Source: Eledone cirrhosa
Lineage: Eukaryota
Direction of reading: 5' to 3'
NCBI GenBank assembly: GCA_964016885.1
Contig: OZ024743.1
Location: 148,924,001 to 148,988,000, forward strand
DNA: 64,000 nt
Under the pieces are notes generated by a model that did no database searches, had not been told where the DNA came from, and worked only from the letters and a program-made list of their open reading frames with translations. Position numbers and translations under genes: made by a program. Below, piece by piece: positions 40,414 through 53,809 of this stretch. Numbering within the stretch: the first letter of the stretch is position 1; the number at the start of each line of letters is the position of its first letter.

Positions 40414-40899
40414 TAAACAAGAGTATATCAATAGTTGCATGCTCTATCAAGCTGCGTCACCAGAACAAGGTTAAAGGACCAGCAGGGGGTCCCGAGGCCT
40501 GCGCTATATAGAAAAAAATACAATACATGACGCAAATATTGTCATAAAATGTCATGAAAAATTACATTGATCACATAAATGTTGCAATAGATGATAAGGA
40601 GGTTGGGAGAGGGTAGCAAGGAATGAGTGCATGATCAAAAACAATTAAAAAAATAATTTTAAAAAAACAGGGTATGGATGAAACACTATTAGCTAATAAA
40701 ACATTGTATTTCTAAGCACTCTTTGGTTATTCCTATAACTATAACGGCTCCGTAGTATACTAGATATCCTACATGAGCTAAAACCACGCTGTCATACCAA
40801 GGGCAATATATCTGCGTGTCTGAGCACATTGATATATTTGTCAACGAAACTATATATACATATATTACATGCATATATATACATATATATATATATATA

Positions 40900-41487
40900 T
40901 GGTGGCTGCCAACTCGTTGTCGAGTACGGCCACTACTTTATATCCATGTAGGAGAACACCTACCGATGCGCTGAACGGTGTGACTTTTTAGTCCAGCCAG
41001 CGACTTGAAAACTCTGTTACAAACACTACACATAGTGCTGGGCCCATGGTACCATGTGACGACAAGTGCAGAAAGATCTCCAGATATAAAGCAATGCCTG
41101 TGCCGTGAAGCTTTTATAGTGAGCAAAGGCACTGCACAAAGCCAGTCCCACTCTCTTAACCAAGATGATATTTACCAAAAAGAAGAACAAGTCAACATCA
41201 TTGGATACCATCAGGGTTGCAGGTGTTATATCAGAGTTTTCCTTCTCCTAGAATTCTGCCTTGACAAAGGCTAAGGGGTCATCTCTCCCGGTGATTTTGG
41301 ATGGCCATTGACTCTTAAGAGCTCCTTTGCCCTTTGACAGGTTTTGTTTTTAGTCCTGCAGGATGTCCAAAGCCACCCTCCTAACCAAGAAACCTTGGTG
41401 GGGTTGCCAGTTTAGTCGCCAACGACCCGACCATGAAACAGGTTGTACTGGGATACATGTTACCAGTAGCACCAACTGGTGACCTGA
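40900..41487 (-). mobile_element. Bipartite RTE-derived non-autonomous element
   Basis: RTE 5'UTR-like CTAGGAGAAGGAAAACTCTGA joined to a C-terminal Zn-finger relic CSVCNRVFKSLAGLKSH and a 3' hairpin CTCG..CGAG. Confidence 0.6.
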
Positions 41488-41733
41488 CACATATATATAT
41501 ATACATACATATATATACATATATATATACATATATATATATATACATATATATATACATACATATATATACACATATATATATATATACATACATATAT
41601 ATATATATACATATATACATACATATATATATACATATATACATAATATATATATATACATATATATATACATACGTATATATATACATACGTATATATA
41701 TACATATATATATATACATACGTATATATATAT

Positions 41734-41840
<107 letters not shown>

Positions 41841-41856
41841 ATAAACATACATACAC

Positions 41857-42980
41857 ACAACGACGCTCGCAAATAAAATCTGGCAGCTCAAAGATACAAA
41901 CCAGAAATACAGAATTAGCTGGGTGAAGTTGTCAACGGCAATGGCCTATAGAATTGGCATATCCCATTGTAGACTTTGCAACATGGAATTATTCCATATT
42001 TTAAAATATAACTAAACGCTACTTAACAGCAAAATTGAACGAACAATTTTCTGTAGACATAAAACGGCGAGCAAATTCGATAATTTCAGAACAACTTAAT
42101 TCATCCCATCTATTCCATAATTCAAATTGTACCACCTGAATCTATTATAATAACCTATTATCATTATTATTATTAATGTCATCGGACGCCATGCTTTCCA
42201 GCATAGTTACGTCCCTTTACGATCTGAGTTTAAATCCCGCCGAGGTTGACTTTGCCTTTCATCCTTACGGGATCGATAAAATAAAGTACCAGTAATGCAC
42301 TGGGATAATTGCTGGCCTTGCGCCTAAAGTAGAAACAATTATTAATGTCATCAACTATCAATAACCTCTTATATTTTCTCTCTTTCATTTTCAATCTTTC
42401 TACTTCTTTCCCTAAATTTATTTTATCTCTTACATTATATCTTATCGTATTATTTTCACTTCTAATTTAACTTACAATTAATTAATTAATTATTTTATTA
42501 TTTTATTAAAGTAACTAATACATATATGAATATATTTTCATGTTTATACCATCATATCTCTATATTTTAACCACCAACACCACAACTATTCTCAATAATC
42601 ATACTATATTTACTTTACTTCGCACACATTAATTTTTTGTATTATTTTTTATCATCTTCATTATAACATATTTATTAACATTTATTCATTTTTTATTTTT
42701 TTCTCTCTAATTTTCTTTTTCTTTATCTTTTATCTTTTTTCGTCATCCTTTTCTCTTCTTTATTTTTTCTTCATATCTTTTCCTTTTTTTCTTTTTTCTC
42801 TCTTTTTTCTTTCTCTCTCTTTTTTTATTAATGATGTTGTGAATTCAGTGCTTTCTGGTGATCTGGTTAAGCTAACATCGTATTTAAACTTTTTAGACAA
42901 CTTAATCATTGAAACAATTGTTAATACTGTAAATAAAACCCTTTTTTATACTGTTGACCATATTATTCGTCACTATTTCA
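41857..42980 (+). mobile_element. 5'-truncated PLE: GIY-YIG C-terminus, AT-rich 3' UTR and HHR-bearing pLTR
   Basis: 41857-42099 [34 protein letters not shown] (one stop; not in the ORF track); SINE inserted at 42184-42337 with TSD attattaatgtcatc; ends in the 9022-family pLTR. Confidence 0.75.
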
Positions 42981-43001
42981 ATATATATATGTATGTATAT
43001 G

Positions 43002-43119
<118 letters not shown>

Positions 43120-43291
43120 CATATATACATAGATATATATAAACATACATACACATATATATATATATACACACATATATATATACATATATGTACATAC
43201 ATATATATATGTATATATATATACATACGTATATGTATAAACATATATATTTATATATACATACGTATATGTATATACATATATATTTATG

Positions 43292-43322
<31 letters not shown>

Positions 43323-43979
43323 GTGTATGTATATATATATGTATTATATATATGTACATATATATTTATGTATATATATATATATATGTATATATGTACA
43401 TATATATTTATGTATGTATATATGTACATATATATTTATGTATATATATATATATATATGAATATATATATATATTTATGCATATATATATGTATATATA
43501 TATATATATATTTATGCATATATATATTTATATATATGTAAATATATGCATATATATATATGTATGTATATATATATATACATACATATATATATACATA
43601 TTTACATATATATATATACATACATATATATATATATACTAATATACATACATATATCTATATACATATATATATATTTATATATACACATTTATATATA
43701 TATATATATATATATATAAATGAAAAGTATAGAAATTGTTGTAACGTGAAGCTAACAGTATTCCATAAGATATATGTGACTATAGCGTCAACATGGGAAA
43801 ATAGTTAACATAAGATGTGGGAAAAAATATATATATATATTAGAAAGTGAGGTCTTTTTTACAAAATGAAAAATAACCGAGGTGTCCTACACGAGTGAAA
43901 GTATAAAGAAAAAGAGATGAAATCGAAAATGCAACTGGATTCTTATTTTAAAAAAATATATATATATATTTATTTGGTT

Positions 43980-44017
43980 CCTTTACCGATTTCGCAGTTC
44001 TTCTGCTTTTCAAAAGG
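43980..44017 (-). ncRNA. Hammerhead ribozyme, U3:A8 compensatory variant (second copy 57306-57343 -)
   Basis: cctt-TTGAAAA-gcag aagaa ctgc-GAAA(T/C)CG-GTA-aagg. Confidence 0.6.
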
Positions 44018-44196
44018 TGAGTTGAGATGGAGGGTCTGTGATTTTTCTCACATCATATATATATTTATATATATATATATAAATACATATATAGGAAAAA
44101 GTATGACCCCGACAGCAGAGCTCAAGCCGTGTCGACGGCTATTTCTGGACTCACAAATGTACATATATATATACATATATATATATATATACATAA

Positions 44197-44237
<41 letters not shown>

Positions 44238-44259
44238 TACTTATATACATATACATATA

Positions 44260-44291
<32 letters not shown>

Positions 44292-44409
44292 CATATATAT
44301 ATATACATATATATAGATATACATACATATATATATATATGCATATATATATATATATATTTATACGATATTAAACAAATGGAAACTATATTTATAAAAC
44401 CATATTTAT

Positions 44410-44469
44410 TTCATTATACATATTTCGGGGATACCATATTAAAAATATGGCATGCCTTCTTCAGATAAA
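44410..44469 (-). ncRNA. Hammerhead ribozyme with AUA site (degenerate copy ~54089-54148 -)
   Basis: tttat-CTGAAGA-agg.atgccatat tttta atatggtat.cc-GAAAT-atgt-ATA-atgaa. Confidence 0.55.
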
Positions 44470-44551
44470 ATACAATATATAAGCAGTTTTATAAATAATT
44501 TTGACGTACCATAAATATTGATCAACTTTCATGTAAGAAGTTGGTTTGGTA

Positions 44552-44641
<90 letters not shown>

Positions 44642-45066
44642 GTTTATTAATATAACAAATTAAAGTTAAAGCAAAGAATCGCTGCTTTCACCCTTAACGC
44701 GATCTTCTGATATATAATTAACCTTATCGAGCCTTCTTTGGATTTTATTCTTCATATTTATAAGCCACTCAGAGAAGTGTGCTCAACCACACAGAGATAG
44801 GAAAGACTGTTATTAGGAGCGAAATATCACGATAAATTAACGGAGACATAGGCCCTCGCTATTCCCTGTAAATAATGTGCTCAAAGGAGAAGAGGTCCTG
44901 AGCTCTTTAAAATACAATATCTTGAGTGGCTTTGGGCTGCCCTATCAGTTCGTCCCTCAGAGGCCACAGGTTCATTGCCCTTAAACACGCTGTGACTTTT
45001 ATCTCCCACGTGTAGCTGGACAGTCAATTTTAAAATTTCTTAGTGTTGTCTGAAATGTATGGCCTT

Positions 45067-45146
45067 ACACACGCTGATGAACCGAGACTAGACCATTTCT
45101 TTCAACAAATTTTTGGTGAAACATATCTTTGGATTTGTACGTGTGT
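45067..45146 (+). ncRNA. Full-size type I hammerhead ribozyme
   Basis: acacacg-CTGATGA-accgaga..ttttggt-GAAACA.ATC tttg GAT.TGTA-cgtgtgt; within an element bounded by inverted repeats 44823-44920 / 45305-45402. Confidence 0.8.
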
Positions 45147-45395
45147 TATATAGTTATAGAGGTATTTATTTACGCTTTAATTTATATTTTTAATTATCGT
45201 GTCTATAGTTGGCCTTTCATATTTTATAGATTCCATACACTGATGGTTTTTTCCTTGTATTATTGATTGTGCACTATATATTTCTCTCTGGTGTTACCTT
45301 TTCAACATATTGTATTTTATAGAGCTCAGGATCTCTTCTCCTTTGAGTACCTTATTTACAGGGAATAGCGAGGGCCTATGCCTCCGTTAATTTAT

Positions 45396-45452
<57 letters not shown>

Positions 45453-45467
45453 TATACATATATATAT

Positions 45468-45832
45468 AAATGGAAAAAATGAAATTTCATTTCTCACTCT
45501 TAGTACGGCTGATACTTAAATATAAGTATGTATACGTACATACATATATGTATACAAACGTACAGTAGTATGTATATACATACATACATGCACACATATA
45601 TATATGTACGTATGGGGTTACCGAACATTTATTATAATGTCCGGTTTGTTTGTAAACAAATAGCCCGAATTAAGCCGTACAGTGTTCGGCAACCATCGTT
45701 GCCCTTTTGTTCAACACTGACAAAGGAACGATGAACACGTTTCCAGCATATATAATACGGGATGTTTGTTTACAAACATACCGAGCATTATAATAAATGT
45801 TCGGTGAATCCATACGTACATATGTGTGCATG

Positions 45833-45870
<38 letters not shown>

Positions 45871-45975
45871 CTACTGTACGTCTGTATACATATATGTATG
45901 TATGTATACATACTTATATTTAAGTAACGGCCGTACTAAGAGTGAGAAATGAAGTTTCGTTTCATTTTTTCCGTT

Positions 45976-45977
<2 letters not shown>
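45468..45977. mobile_element. Truncated fold-back copy of the 427-bp HHR family
   Basis: Homologous to 54608-54895; inversion at ~45752 inside the HHR. Confidence 0.8.
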
Positions 45978-46068
<91 letters not shown>

Positions 46069-46074
46069 TTACAT

Positions 46075-46142
<68 letters not shown>

Positions 46143-46148
<6 letters not shown>

Positions 46149-46720
46149 ATACTTTGGGAGCGTCATGTTGCCAATAAGAAACACACGCATAAGTTGCTTT
46201 CACTTCAATTTATTATAATAAATTTATAATAAATTTATAAATTTCTGGTTGGTTGGTTGGTTCCACAACCAGATAGTTGTTTATATATAGTCATAGTTCT
46301 TTCGTCACACACTCTGTGACCTCTTCAGTGACTGGGGATTCCTTTCTTTGTTTCTGTGCCTCTCCTTTCTTCTGTCCTACGCCATTTTGTTTCTGTGTGT
46401 GTGAAACAAAATGGCGTAGGACAGAACAAAGGAGAGGCACAGAAACAAAGAAAAGAATCCCCAGTCACTGAAGAGGTCACAGAGTGTGTGACGAAAGAAC
46501 TATGACTATATATAAACAACTATCTGGTTGTGGAACCAACCAACCAGAAATTTATAAATTTATAAATTTATTATAAATTTATTATAATAAATTGAAGTGA
46601 AAGCAACTGGTGCGTGTGTTTCTTATTGGCAACATGACCCTGCCAAAGTATAAGAATATCGGTTTCAACACACGATTTCAGATAAAGAATCTTGCTAAAC
46701 AAATTCAGAAACGAAATATA
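46143..46720. mobile_element. ~250-bp-arm palindromic element with an HHR in each arm (46289-46333 -, 46463-46507 +); relatives at 21640-22950
   Basis: Centre ~46398; agtca-CTGAAGA-g-gtcac..gtgac-GAAAG-aa-CTA-tgact. Confidence 0.8.
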
Positions 46721-46822
46721 TATATATATATATATACGTACTCTGATCAACGAAACAATTGTCAGTACTTTAAATAAAGCCTCTTATTGTATAGCCAACC
46801 ATGTTACTCTTCATTCTTTAAC

Positions 46823-46854
<32 letters not shown>

Positions 46855-47124
46855 TATATATATATACCGGAACGACAGGAACGATCGACTTTCGTCAAAT
46901 TGGACCGAGGGAACAATGTTTCCGTTGGTCTTTCAAATTGCTAATACTATCTATCGGTCGCAACTTCAGGTAGAAGGAGCAACGTGAAATAAAGTGTCTT
47001 GCTCAAGGACATAACGCATCGCCTGGTCCAGGAATCGAACTCACAACCTTACGATTGCGAATCCAATTCTCTAACCACTCAGCCACACGCCTTCTAATAC
47101 ACACACACACACACACACACACAT

Positions 47125-47155
<31 letters not shown>

Positions 47156-47156
47156 C

Positions 47157-48779
47157 CCCCTCTTCTACCGCCCTCTACCCTCCGATCCCACACCCCTCTA
47201 CCAACAACTAGTTTCCTCCACCATCCAACACCTTTTTTCTCCCCCCCCCCCCCTCCCACCGCTTCCCACCTCATCGTCCGCACCCCCAAACTCCACAAAC
47301 CCGACAACCCCGGCCGCCCAATCGTCTCCGCTTGCAACTGCCCACCGAACTCATCTCCGCTTTTCTCGACTCCATCCTCGCCCCCTTTGTCACCACCCTC
47401 CTCTCCCACATCTCCGACACCAACCACGCCCTGCGCCTCTTCGACTCCTTCCTTCACCTACCCACCCGGCCCACAGCCCCTCCTCTTCAATCTAGACATC
47501 AAGTCCCTCTATACCGTCATCCCCCACGCCGACGGCCTACGCGCCCTCAAACACTACCTCGACCTTCGCCCCTCCCCCATTCCCTCCACCCCCACCCTCC
47601 TTCGCCTCGCCGAGCTGGTCCTCACCCTCAACTGTTTCTCCTTCTCGGGTGAGTTTTACCAACAGGTCACGGGGGTAGCCATGGGTACAAGAATGGGCCC
47701 AAACTATGCGAAACTTTTTGTTGGCCATGTTGAGGCCCAAATCTTTGCCCAGTACACCGGCCCCACGCCCGAACTGTACGGTCGTTACATTACGACTGTA
47801 TCGGAGCCACGACCCTCACCCGAAAACAGCTCGACTCCTTTCTCTCCTTCTTCTACTCCTTCGACCCCTCCTTCCACTTCACCACCTCTATCTCCACCAC
47901 CCACGTCCACTTCTTAGACATCTCCGTCGCCTTCGACCCCTCCCACCACTCCCTCGTCACCTCCGCCTTCTTCAAACCCACCGACTCCCACTCTTACCTC
48001 GACTTCACCTCTTCCCACCCCACACACACTAAACACTCTATTCCCTACTCCCAACTCCTCAGGATCCGCCGCCTCTTTAGCCGAGATGCCGACTTTGAGT
48101 CCCAGGCCCTTTCCCTAGTCAGCCATTTCATCCGCAGAGGTCCCCCCCTCTCTCGTCCACACCGCTCTCACCCGCGCCCGTGCTGTCCATCGCTCCCCCA
48201 CCCTCACCCCACGCCACCGCACACCCACCCACCGTCTCCCCTTCCCCATCACCTACCACCCCTCCACCATACCCCTCCACCGCACCATGCTCCGCCTCTT
48301 CCGACGCCTCCTGTCCGACCCCTCCACAGCTCCCTACCCCCAACCCACGCTCACTCCCCCCCCGGTTCCTTTCCCTGTTCTAGGCCCCGCTGCAACACCT
48401 GTCCCCACATCACCAACACCATCACCTTCCAGGGTCCCAATGGCCACTCTCTCTCTGTCCGGCATGCCTTCCGCTGCACCTCCTTCAACCTAGTCTACGG
48501 ACTTCGCTGCACGGAGTGCAGCGCGACTTACGTCGAACAGACTGGACGTCGCCTGGCGGACAGATTTACTGAGCACCTCCGGGATATTCGTCTCGGCGGT
48601 AGTTCCCCCATCGCCCGCCACTTTGGTGCCCCTGGACATTCCGCACGCCATCTCACAGTCTGTGGCCTATCCAATGCCACGGAACACCCGCCAATCTCCT
48701 AAGAGTTGAACAACGAACCTTCTTCATCTTACAGACCCACACTCCCCCCGGCCTGAACTCCCCACCCTTATTCCTTTAG
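47157..48779 (+). pseudogene. PLE reverse transcriptase-GIY-YIG ORF, frameshifted
   Basis: KLHKPDNPGRPIVSACNCPTE, LDIKSLYTVIPH, GVAMGTRMGPNYA, YGRYI-DCIG, FLDI, KPTDSHSYL, CSRPRCNTC, NLVYGLRC..YVEQTGRRLADRFTEH, PPGLN. Confidence 0.92.
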
Positions 48780-50432
48780 CCTTCGACCGCCCCCTCCCCC
48801 CACACATATCCCCCACTAACACCACTAACACACCCCTCCTTTTCACCGCCCACCCCACAACTAACAATACTAACACCTCCACCCCACATCCGACCACCCT
48901 TCCCCAACTAACATACTAACATCCCTCCCTTCTTCAACTCCCCCTCCTTATCACACGCGCACACCCACCGGCACATATACACACGCGCTCACACTAAACA
49001 CACACCCTACTACCACCACTAACCCTCACCCCCACACCTCCATCCCACCACCCCGCAACTAACCTCACTAACACCCCCTGACCCCAAGCACACGAACACA
49101 CACACACCCACTTACACCACCCACCCTACACGCAACTAACATCACTAACACCCCCCAACGCTACGCACACGTACACACACACACTCTTACACCACCCACT
49201 CTATACACCCTACCACCACTGACCCCCACTCACACCCGCATTCAACCCTTTCTCCACCTCCTGTATACTAACACCCACTAACACCGCCTTCTCCAAACAC
49301 ACACACCAGTACACTACACTCCCTCCATCGTCCCCCACACCCTTCTCTCCCCGCTCCCCCCACACCCTTTCTCAAACACTCACTCATCCCACTAACACCT
49401 CTACTAATACACACACACCCCCTCCTCACTCCAACTTTCACACCTATCCATCCTCTCCCCTGTCCACCGTACACACTGACACACCTTCACTTACCATTCT
49501 ACCCTACTGCTGCTATGCCCCCTGACCACCTCCCCGCACACACAGACACACAACACACCTTCACTTACATTCTACCCTACTGCTGCTATGCCCTCTGACC
49601 ACCTCCGCGCACACACAGACACACAACACTCCTCCTGCCTTGACCCACTGACCACTTCCTGTTGCGCGCGCACCCCACATCTCCCCTCTTCCGACCAATC
49701 TCTTCACGGATGACACGTATGTGAATCTTGATCCCGAAATCCACCACATCCAAGGATTTTACTAAGCATTCCACCACATCTCTTTACGGAATTACCTTTA
49801 TGACTCACCCACACACACAACCAACAAAAAAAATTTTTCCCACACGCCACCTACACCCACAACACGCATAAACACCACACACACAAGTGCGTACCACCAC
49901 ATATTTACACATTCAGCCTCCGGAATTCTCTCCCCCCACCCCTCTATCCACACTCGCACACACACTCCGACCTACACCCCACCCCACACACACCTCTTCC
50001 TGAACATGCAACCCCGTTCTTCCCCCAACCCTTGCTTTCACATACACACACACACACGTACACCTACACACACACACCACCTTCAGCCCTCCCCGCTCGG
50101 ACACCCCGTCTCCCTCTCCCCACTCCACCCGCCAGCACCCCTACACGCCCCACACCTTTCCACCACCTGTTTTAGCCCATTTTAATTTTATTTTGATCAT
50201 GCCTTTATTTTTATTTTCATTAGCACCGTTTCCTCTCACCCCCTTTTTGCTATATGTCTCTCCACCACTCCCCTAAACACCTTTTGTACTCTCTTCCAAC
50301 ACACTTTTCACCTGAAGAAGGGCTTATGCCCGAAACGTCCTTCCCCACCACCACACCACTCTCAAGAGCGTGAAATTAATAAACATTTGTGTGTACTACC
50401 TCTCTGTTTTGTTCCCGTTCAATTTTTCATTA
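47157..50432 (+). mobile_element. Penelope-like element, 5' truncated: RT + GIY-YIG relic, long C/A-rich 3' UTR, terminal HHR
   Basis: Coding relic plus CTGAAGA-a-gggc ttat gccc-GAAACGTC at 50312-50339 and AATAAA at 50378; (TA)n flanks. Confidence 0.9.
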
Positions 50433-50700
50433 TATATATATATGTATGTATATATTTATATATATATATATATATATACAATTAAGTTAAAAATGTACAT
50501 CCACATATGTATACTGAAATACTAGTATGCATATGAATACACACACGTATACATATGTAGATGTACCGAGTTTTTCACTGGTCACTTTACTGTGAGTGTC
50601 CAGCTATTCTGTATGTAAACACACAGACAAACCGGTTTTTAGAGTCATACTGGTTTTTGAGGAAACACCTTTCCTCTATTCTCCAGAAAACCAGACAAGG

Positions 50701-50745
50701 AATATTGAACTAGTTTCGATGTTGTTACATCTCATCAGCAATATT
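50701..50745 (-). ncRNA. Type I hammerhead ribozyme
   Basis: aatattg-CTGATGA-gatgt aaca acatc-GAAAC-ta-GTT-caatatt. Confidence 0.9.
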
Positions 50746-51166
50746 TACCTATCTTCCGGCCTTTCTAGAGAATCGTAAAAGCACATATCGTTATATACTT
50801 TTTCTATGAAAATTAGTAGTGGGCAGACTAATTTGCATAGAGCGTGAGTACGTACCGGTTCAACGGAGACGATAAAAACAAATAACGAAACGAAATTAAA
50901 TTTCGTTTCGTTTGTAACTCACTTTTGTATGACTGACGCTTAAACAATTAAGTTTAAAATGTACATCCACATATGTATACTGAAATACTAGTATGCATAT
51001 GAATACACACACGTATACATATGTAGATGTACCGAGTTTTTCACTGGTCACTTTACTGTGAGTGTCCAGCTATTCTGTATGTAAACACACAGACAAACCG
51101 GTTTTTAGAGTCATACTGGTTTTTGAGGAAACACCTTTCCTCTATTCTCCAGAAAACCAGACAAGG

Positions 51167-51211
51167 AATATTGAACTAGTTTCGATGTTGTTACATCTCA
51201 TCAGCAATATT
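51167..51211 (-). ncRNA. Type I hammerhead ribozyme
   Basis: Identical to 50701-50745. Confidence 0.9.
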
Positions 51212-51854
51212 TACCTATCTTCCGGCCTTTCTAGAGAATCGTAAAAGCACATATCGTTATATACTTTTTCTATGAAAATTAGTAGTGGGCAGACTAATTT
51301 GCATAGAGCGTGAGTACGTACCGGTTCAACGGAGACGATAAAAACAAATAACGAAACGAAATTAAATTTCGTTTCGTTTGTAACTCACTTTTGTATGACT
51401 GACGCTTAAACAATTAAGTTAGAAGTGTACATCCACATATGTATACTGAAATACTAGTATGCATATAAATACACACACGTATACATATGTAGATGTACCG
51501 AGTTTTTCACTGGGCACTTTACATCGAAACTAGTCCAATATTCCTGTCTGGCTTTCTGGTGAAAAGAGGAAAGGTGTTTCCTCAAAAACCAGTATGACTC
51601 TAAAAACCGGTTTGTCTGTGTGTTTACATACAGAATAGCTGGACACTCACAGTAAAGTGACCAGTGAAAAACTCGATACATCTACATATGTATACGTGTG
51701 TGTATTCATATGCATACTAGTATTTCAGTATACATATGTGGATGTACACTTCTAACTTAATTGTTTAAGCGTCAGTCATACAAAAGTGAGTTACAAACGA
51801 AACGAAATTTAATTTCGTTTCGTTATTTGTTTTTATCGTCTCCGTTGAACCGGT

Positions 51855-51918
51855 ACGTACTCACGCTCTATGCAAATTAGTCTGCCCACTACTAATTTTC
51901 ATAGAAAAAGTATATAAC
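51855..51918 (+). promoter_or_regulatory. Putative internal promoter: octamer ATGCAAAT plus TATA-like box upstream of the HHR
   Basis: ATGCAAATTAG at 51870 and AAAGTATATA at 51907; same module and spacing at 55596 / 55634 in the 427-bp family. Confidence 0.45.
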
Positions 51919-51962
51919 GATATGTGCTTTTACGATTCTCTAGAAAGGCCGGAAGATAGGTA

Positions 51963-52007
51963 AATATTGCTGATGAGATGTAACAACATCGAAACTAGTT
52001 CAATATT
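51963..52007 (+). ncRNA. Type I hammerhead ribozyme
   Basis: Same motif on the + strand, perfect stems I and II. Confidence 0.9.
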
Positions 52008-52294
52008 CCTTGTCTGGTTTTCTGGAGAATAGAGGAAAGGTGTTTCCTCAAAAACCAGTATGACTCTAAAAACCGGTTTGTCTGTGTGTTTACATACAGA
52101 ATAGCTGGACACTCACAGTAAAGTGACCAGTGAAAACTCAGTACATCTACATATGTATACGTGTGTGTATTCATATGCATACTAGTATTTCAGTATACAT
52201 ATGTGGATGTACATTTTTAACTTAATTGTTTAAGCGTCAGTCATACAAAAGTGAGTTACAAACGAAACGAAATTTAATTTCGTTTCGTTATTTG

Positions 52295-52337
<43 letters not shown>

Positions 52338-52338
52338 G

Positions 52339-52413
<75 letters not shown>

Positions 52414-52415
52414 GT

Positions 52416-52501
<86 letters not shown>

Positions 52502-52507
52502 ATATAC

Positions 52508-52566
<59 letters not shown>

Positions 52567-52812
52567 CGTGTATATATATATATATTTATATATATATATA
52601 CATATATAGTATTAGTTATACTATTTATGGTTATGTAAACACAAAACCTTATGCAGTTATAAGTATTTTACTTACACCCTAAATAGTGGTAGGCAGTAAT
52701 GTATTACTACCTTATTACCAGTAAGTTAAGTAGCTCAATGTAAAAACATCAGATGATTTACAGAGCAGTTATATGAAATATAAGAATCAAAGAACTGTTC
52801 AAAACATTATTG

Positions 52813-52859
52813 TGCTTACAGCTGTTTCCTCTAAACCGAGGTTTGGATTCTTCGGAGCA
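52813..52859 (-). ncRNA. Hammerhead-like motif with U4C
   Basis: tgct-CCGAAGA-..aaac ctcg gttt..-GAAAC-agct-GTA-agca. Confidence 0.45.
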
Positions 52860-53046
52860 ATTTATTAATGCATGGACAGTTATATGACCTCCTTTTCAGC
52901 CGAGAGCCATACCGATACATATTCAAACATTGTGGGTCAACATTCATTACAGAATTTAGAGTGGCAGTACACACTTCGAAATTACATTTATATTAAGAGG
53001 TACAATCAAAAATCAAAAATACCGGTTAACATACACATATATATAT

Positions 53047-53077
<31 letters not shown>

Positions 53078-53371
53078 CATATATATATAGAGAGAGAGAA
53101 TTAGTATATATACCAACATATGTATACTGATGTATACCCATGCTAGCAAATATATATGTTATGTCTTAGTATATAATAACACCCACTCCTCACTGATTAA
53201 CCTCAGTGTCACGTGATTGATTTTTTAGAATTTGCCACTGACCAAGTAGGCAGTTAATGTTTTCAGTGCCCTGGAATTTAGTCCCCGCTAGCTTTATTCC
53301 ATCCACTGAATTATTATTTTTATATGGGTTCCTAGTGTCCGCGCATTGCCAGGGAACTTAGTTGAGAATAG

Positions 53372-53431
53372 ACTTCCTGATGACGTTGCGTAACTATATT
53401 TATTCCCTTACAGAAACTAATTAGTTGGAGT
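53372..53431 (+). ncRNA. Hammerhead ribozyme with weak stem II
   Basis: acttc-CTGATGA-..-GAAAC-taatta-GTT-ggagt; palindromic AACTAATTAGTT. Confidence 0.55.
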
Positions 53432-53491
53432 GAAAATTTTAGTAAGTAAGTTGATTTTTAATTTTTAAAATTTTCTTATTTTACGTCTTTC

Positions 53492-53523
<32 letters not shown>

Positions 53524-53526
53524 GTA

Positions 53527-53633
<107 letters not shown>

Positions 53634-53778
53634 GTACATACATATATATATATACATACATATATATATATATATATATACATACATGTACATACATATA
53701 TATATGTATATATATATACATACATATATATATATAAATATATATTTAAGTATATATATATATATGTATATATATATG

Positions 53779-53809
<31 letters not shown>

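Larger units (their letters stand above)
50479..52299. mobile_element. Non-coding 466-bp tandem HHR repeat (retrozyme-like): two arrays joined head-to-head at ~51521
   Basis: Period of 466 (HHRs at 50701 and 51167 on -, 51963 on +); (TA)n at both ends. Confidence 0.9.

Noticed and set aside
50596-52112. Three identical 60-aa ORFs
   Set aside because: GTG-started, antisense to the HHR within the repeat unit, no recognisable motif
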